Shown: positions 59,411 to 64,000 of the stretch, in pieces | How positions within the stretch are numbered: the stretch's first letter is position 1 | How the letters are laid out: the number at the start of each line of letters is the position of its first letter | Source of the DNA: the human T2T-CHM13v2.0 reference genome, Homo sapiens | DNA: 64,000 nt | Reading direction: 5' to 3' (one strand) | NCBI RefSeq assembly: GCF_009914755.1 | Contig: NC_060930.1 | Notes under the pieces: model-generated | Told to the model about the DNA's origin: nothing | Seen by the model: only the letters and a program-made list of their open reading frames with translations | Databases searched by the model: none | Made by a program: the position numbers and the translations under genes

Positions 59411-59947
59411 TGTATTAGCCAGGGTTTTCTAGGGGGACAGAACTAATAAGATAGATGTATATATGGAGGGGAGTTTATTAACGAGTACTGACTCACACAG
59501 TGACAAGGTGAAGTCTCACAATAGGCCATCTGCAAGCTGAGGAGCAAAGAAGCTAGTCCAAGTCCCAAAATCTCAAATGTAGGGAAGCCAACAGTACAGC
59601 CTTCAGTCTGTGGCCAAAGGCCCGAGAGCCTCACTGGTCTAAGTCCGGGAGTCCAAAAGCTGAAGAACTTGAAGTCTGATGTTTGAGGGCAGGAAGCATC
59701 CAGTATGGGAGAAAGATGAAGACCAAAAGACTCAGCAAGTCAAGTTCTTCCAACTTCTGCCTGCTTTATTCTAGCTGCACTGGCAGTTGATTAGATGGTG
59801 TCCGCCCAGATTGAGGGTAGGTCTGCCTCTCCCAGCCCACTGACTCAAATGTTAATCTCCTTTGGCAACACCGTCACAGACACACCCAGGAACAATACCT
59901 TGCATCCTTCAATCCAATCAAGTTGACGCTCAATGTTAATCATCATA
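59411..59947 (-). mobile_element. MLT2A2-like HERV-L solo LTR
   Basis: Antisense ...gtcaacttgattggattgaaggatgcaag start; perfect 5-bp TSD ccatc. Confidence 0.9.
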
Positions 59948-61208
59948 CCATCTTTGATAAAGAAGCAAAGGCAATACAGTGGAGCAAAGGTAGTCTTTTC
60001 AACAAATGGTCTGAAACAACTGGACTTCCATTTGCAAAAAAGTGAATCTAGACACAGCTCTTGCACCTTCACAAAAATTAACTCAAAATGGATTGCAGAC
60101 CTAAATGTAAAAATGCAAAACTATAAAGTTCCTGGAAGATAACATAAGAGAAGGCCTAAATGACCTTGCGTACAGAAATGACTTTTTGGATATGATATCA
60201 AATGTATAATCCATCAAAGAAATAGTTGATAAGCTGGACTTCATTAAAATTAAAAATTGTTACTTCGTGAAAGACAATGTCAAGAGAATGAGGAGACAAG
60301 CCACAAACTGAAAGAAAATATTTGCAAGACACATCTGATGAGGACTGTTATCCAAAATATACAAAAAACTCTTAGAACTCAAAATAAGAAAATGAACAAC
60401 TGGGTTAAAAAATGGGCAAAAGACCTGAACAGACACCTTAACAAAGAAGATATATGGATGCTTATGAAAAACATACAAAATATATTCAACATCATATGTC
60501 CTTAGGGAATTATAAATTTAAACAACAGTGAGATACCACTACCTACTAATGAGAATGATGAAAATTCAAAACAGTGACAACAGCAAAAGCTGGCAAGGGC
60601 GTGGAACATGAACTCTCATACATTGCTGGTGGGAATGCAAAATGGTACAGTCACTTTGGATGATAATTTGGCAATTTCTTACAAAACTAAATATACTCTT
60701 TACATACAATCCAGCAATTGTGCTCCTTGGCATTTACCCAAATGAACCGAAAACTTATATCCACAGAAAAGCCTACACATGGATATTTATAGCAGCTTTA
60801 TTTATAATTGCCAAGATTTGGAAGCAACGAAAGATGTCCTTCAGTAGGTGAATGGATAAGTAAACTTGGACTATATGGACAATGGAATATTATTCAGCAT
60901 TAAAAAAAAGAGCTATCAAGACATGAAAAGCCATGGAGGAAATTTAAATGCATATAACTAAGTGAAAGAAGCCAATTTGAAAACACAACATATTTATGAC
61001 TCTAGCTATTTGACATTCTGGAAAGGGTAAAACTGGGGAGATAGTAAAAAGATCAGTTGTTGCCAGAGGTTTTGGGGGAGAGAGCAGAGAACAGGTGTAG
61101 CACAGAGGATTTTTAGGGCAGTGAAATTATGCTGTATAATGCAATAGTGGTGAATACCTGTCATTATGCATTTGTCCAAGCCCCAACATCAAGGATAAAC
61201 CCTTATGA

Positions 61209-61473
61209 GGCTGGATACCATGGCTCCTGCCTGTAATCCTAGCACTTTCGGAGGCCAAAACCTTAAGACCAGGTTGGGCAACATGGTGAAACTCTGTCTC
61301 CACAAAAATACAAAAAATTAGCTGGACATGGTGGCACATGCCTGTAGTCCCAGCTACTTGGGAGGCTAAGGTGGGAGGATCACCTGAGCCTGAGAGGTCG
61401 AGGCTGCTGTGAGCCATGACTGTGCCACTGCCCTCCAGCCTAGGCAACAGAGTAAGATCTTGTCTCAAAAAAA
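61209..61473 (+). mobile_element. AluJ with an internal deletion in the left arm
   Basis: TSD aag(g/a)ataaaccct(t/a)atg. Confidence 0.9.
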
Positions 61474-61592
61474 AAGAATAAACCCTAATGTATACTGTGG
61501 ACTTTGGGTGCTAATGGTATGTCAGTGTAGGTTTGTCAATTGTAACAAATGTCCTACTCTAGTGAGGATGCTGATAATGAAAGAGGAAGAGG

Positions 61593-61594
<2 letters not shown>

Positions 61595-61636
<42 letters not shown>
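61595..61636 (+). repeat. (TG)n
   Basis: Direct inspection. Confidence 0.95.
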
Positions 61637-61639
<3 letters not shown>

Positions 61640-62389
61640 GAGAGAGAGATATGTGGGAACTCCCTGCACTTTTTGCTCAGTTTTACTGTGAATCTAAAAC
61701 TTCTCTAAAAAATAAAGTTTACTAACAAAAAAACTGACTAGAAAACTGTATTTAATAAGCACAGAAAATAATACATTGTTTTAATTACATATTATAACCA
61801 ATTTAGGGAGAAGTAGGACTCAGTCATGGCTACTAGTTCCCCCTACACACTCCATTTTCAAGGTCCCAACTTCTAAAACTTGTATCACTGTCTATTCCTC
61901 CCCTAGGTCTAACAAAAGGAACTTGGTAAAAATACATGAACAATTTTAGAAATGCAATGTTATAATATGCACAATAGTTCTGCTGATTTTATTGTTAAGA
62001 AACTGTTATCCTTTAGGACTCAACTAGGAAATATCTAACATGACTGAATGGAATTCAACTATTCAACAAACCAAATAGTAACTTAATGTTTAGCACCTTT
62101 GAGGTCCTTGAATCTAGTCAAAATTAATTTTCTCCTGAAACTGACAGAGATCTCTAAATGGTCTTGATCCAGTCCCAAACCTAAATCATGATTCACTTGT
62201 TGATTTATATGTAATATAATATAATATATGACATATTATATATACATAATATATAATATAAATAACATATATGTCATATAATATTTTATTATTGATTTTA
62301 TAGTCACAAAAATGCTGACAGAATGCATTCTATTATAATTTCATGAATTGAATGAAAATTTTTGAAGTGAAAAATGTCTTAGGAATCGT

Positions 62390-62520
62390 CTCATAAAACA
62401 CTTCATTTTATAGATTAGGGAATTGAGTGACAGTGAATTTAGTGACCTGACAGTGAATTTAGTGTCATAGTTCATTAGCGGCAAAACTGAGATTAGAACA
62501 CAATTTTTCTGACTCCATAA
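62390..62520 (-). mobile_element. MIR fragment
   Basis: cattttatagattagggaattgag...gattagaacac...ctgactcc. Confidence 0.55.
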
Positions 62521-62659
62521 ATTAAGAGTTAAGTCCATATAATATACAAAGTGTTGACATCAAAGGGAAATGGGAAAATATTTGTAGACTTAATGGTTTC
62601 ATCAATCAAAATTTTGAGCAATATGAATTATCAGTTTGACCAAAAGGAGTTAATTTATT

Positions 62660-62840
62660 TTTATTTTTTTCTGTTTTATTTTATTTATTTATTTATTTAT
62701 TTATTATTATACTTTAAGTTTTAGGGTACATTTGCACAATGTGCAGGTTAGTTACATATGTATACATGTGCCATGCTGGTGCGCTGCACCCACTAACTCG
62801 TCATCTAGCATTAGGTATATCTCCCAATGCTATCCCTCCC
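62660..62840 (-). mobile_element. Very short young L1 (L1PA2-like) 3' end
   Basis: gcgctgcacccactaactcgtcatctagc diagnostic; perfect 20-bp TSD ccaaaaggagttaatttatt at 62640-62659 and 62841-62860. Confidence 0.93.
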
Positions 62841-62893
62841 CCAAAAGGAGTTAATTTATTAACTCAGACTTTCTTGGACTTGATATAGCTCAC

Positions 62894-63067
62894 TTGTCCT
62901 GGCAGTACAATGTAACACAACCCAAGGAAACAAGAAATTTATTGTAGGATGTGATCTCAGTTATGTCTCTCAAAATAGAAGCTAGCTCTATTTAGAGAGC
63001 AGGTGTGTTATTGGGAAAAACATACCAACTTTTCACTTTGAATATAGTCCAATGCAGTACTCAATTT
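62894..63067 (-). pseudogene. Pseudo-exon, RGS-like middle part
   Basis: Acceptor ttcctctcttcccttcatcag, donor caa|gtgagc, 174 nt, phase 2-2, compatible with the upstream exon. Reads N*VLHWTIFKVKSWYVFPNNTPAL*IELASILRDITEITSYNKFLVSLGCVTLYCQD; PAL*IEL resembles RGS22 PPALQIDI. Confidence 0.6.
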
Positions 63068-63453
63068 CTGATGAAGGGAAGAGAGGAAATATGCTGAATA
63101 TTTAATATGCTGTTTTGTGGTTTCTCCTAAACCTCGATGTGAAGACAATATTTGTTTGTCTTGAGTGATGATTACATTTGGTGCATTATGTTCCATTTAG
63201 TATATAATCTATGCCATGTCAAAATCATTAATGCTATGAGAAAAGAAATAAAACAAAACTACAGTTGTTTATGGTCCTAGAGAAGAGAAGCAATGTTTTT
63301 ATTAGGGTATAAATCAGTTTTCACAGATAGAATGCATCTTCACCAGAGACAAGCAAATAATAACTTATTCCCTTTATTTGAGCTTGTGTCCCTTTGATGG
63401 CTCTTCCTAAAATGACTAAGATGACTCTTCCTTCAGTTAAAGAAAGAACATAC

Positions 63454-63679
63454 TTGAGTGTTTCTTTCACTTCACTCAATTCATTGATTTACTCCCCATC
63501 TTATAACAGAGAATTCAAGAATTTTGTTAAAATGTTTTCAGATTTCCATCAAAAGCAAGGCTGAATGCTCCCTACCTTGAACTTCTTTCAAATATTTTGA
63601 ATCTCCCTGCATGACATTTCTTTCCCTTACCTAGTCCCCAAAAGCTATTCTAATTTTAACTTTTTCCTTGACAACTCCT
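63454..63679 (-). pseudogene. Pseudo-exon, N-terminal half of an RGS-like domain
   Basis: Acceptor tttttctttag, donor caa|gtatgt, 226 nt (phase 1 to 2). One frame reads EELSRKKLKLE*LLGTR*GKEM...F*WKSENILTKFLNSLL*DGE*INELSEVKETL, resembling the RGS LExLLxxxxG and SEENIxF motifs. Confidence 0.55.
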
Positions 63680-64000
63680 CTAAAGAAAAAAAAAATTGAT
63701 TTTAGAACTAATACTCACAACGGTGTAAACACAAGCAAGCAGTGTAATGCCTTTTTTATGTAATTATTCCTTATTTCTATTTAAGTTAATAATGACATTT
63801 AGGAAGTGTGTTATCAGATCTCAAGAATTAAGCTCTAAATGTAAACATTGCTTTTGTCACATGATGAAACACTAAAACATTTTTCTTGTCACATTCCCTT
63901 ATATTGCTGAACTATCAGGCAAATCTTTGTACTTTGGTATAAAGAATTTGCATCAAGCATGCAAATAACTTTGAAAAACCATTAGGTGGCAGAAATTGTA

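Overview
Primate (hominoid, probably human) genomic DNA, AT-rich and CpG-poor, mostly interspersed repeats: about 20 Alus, several L1s (L1PA2-L1ME), L2/MIR, ERV/MaLR LTRs (MER31, LTR40-like, THE1C, MLT2A2, MLT1I) and DNA transposons (MER2, MER30, MER33, MER5A, a mariner fossil). There is no intact protein-coding gene, and most ORF-track entries are Alu, L1 or simple-repeat artefacts. The main result is in the non-repeat DNA. On the minus strand it holds about 20 decayed exon-like blocks with canonical splice sites and several phase-compatible junctions. Their hand translations, with stops and frameshifts, repeatedly resemble RGS domains of the RGS22/RGSL1 type. I read this as an old, intron-containing (probably unitary) pseudogene of a large multi-RGS-domain protein that spans the whole window and probably extends beyond it. 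The RGS22 residues used for comparison were recalled from memory, so the call needs BLASTX/HMM confirmation. Several unusual retrotransposition structures are also reported.
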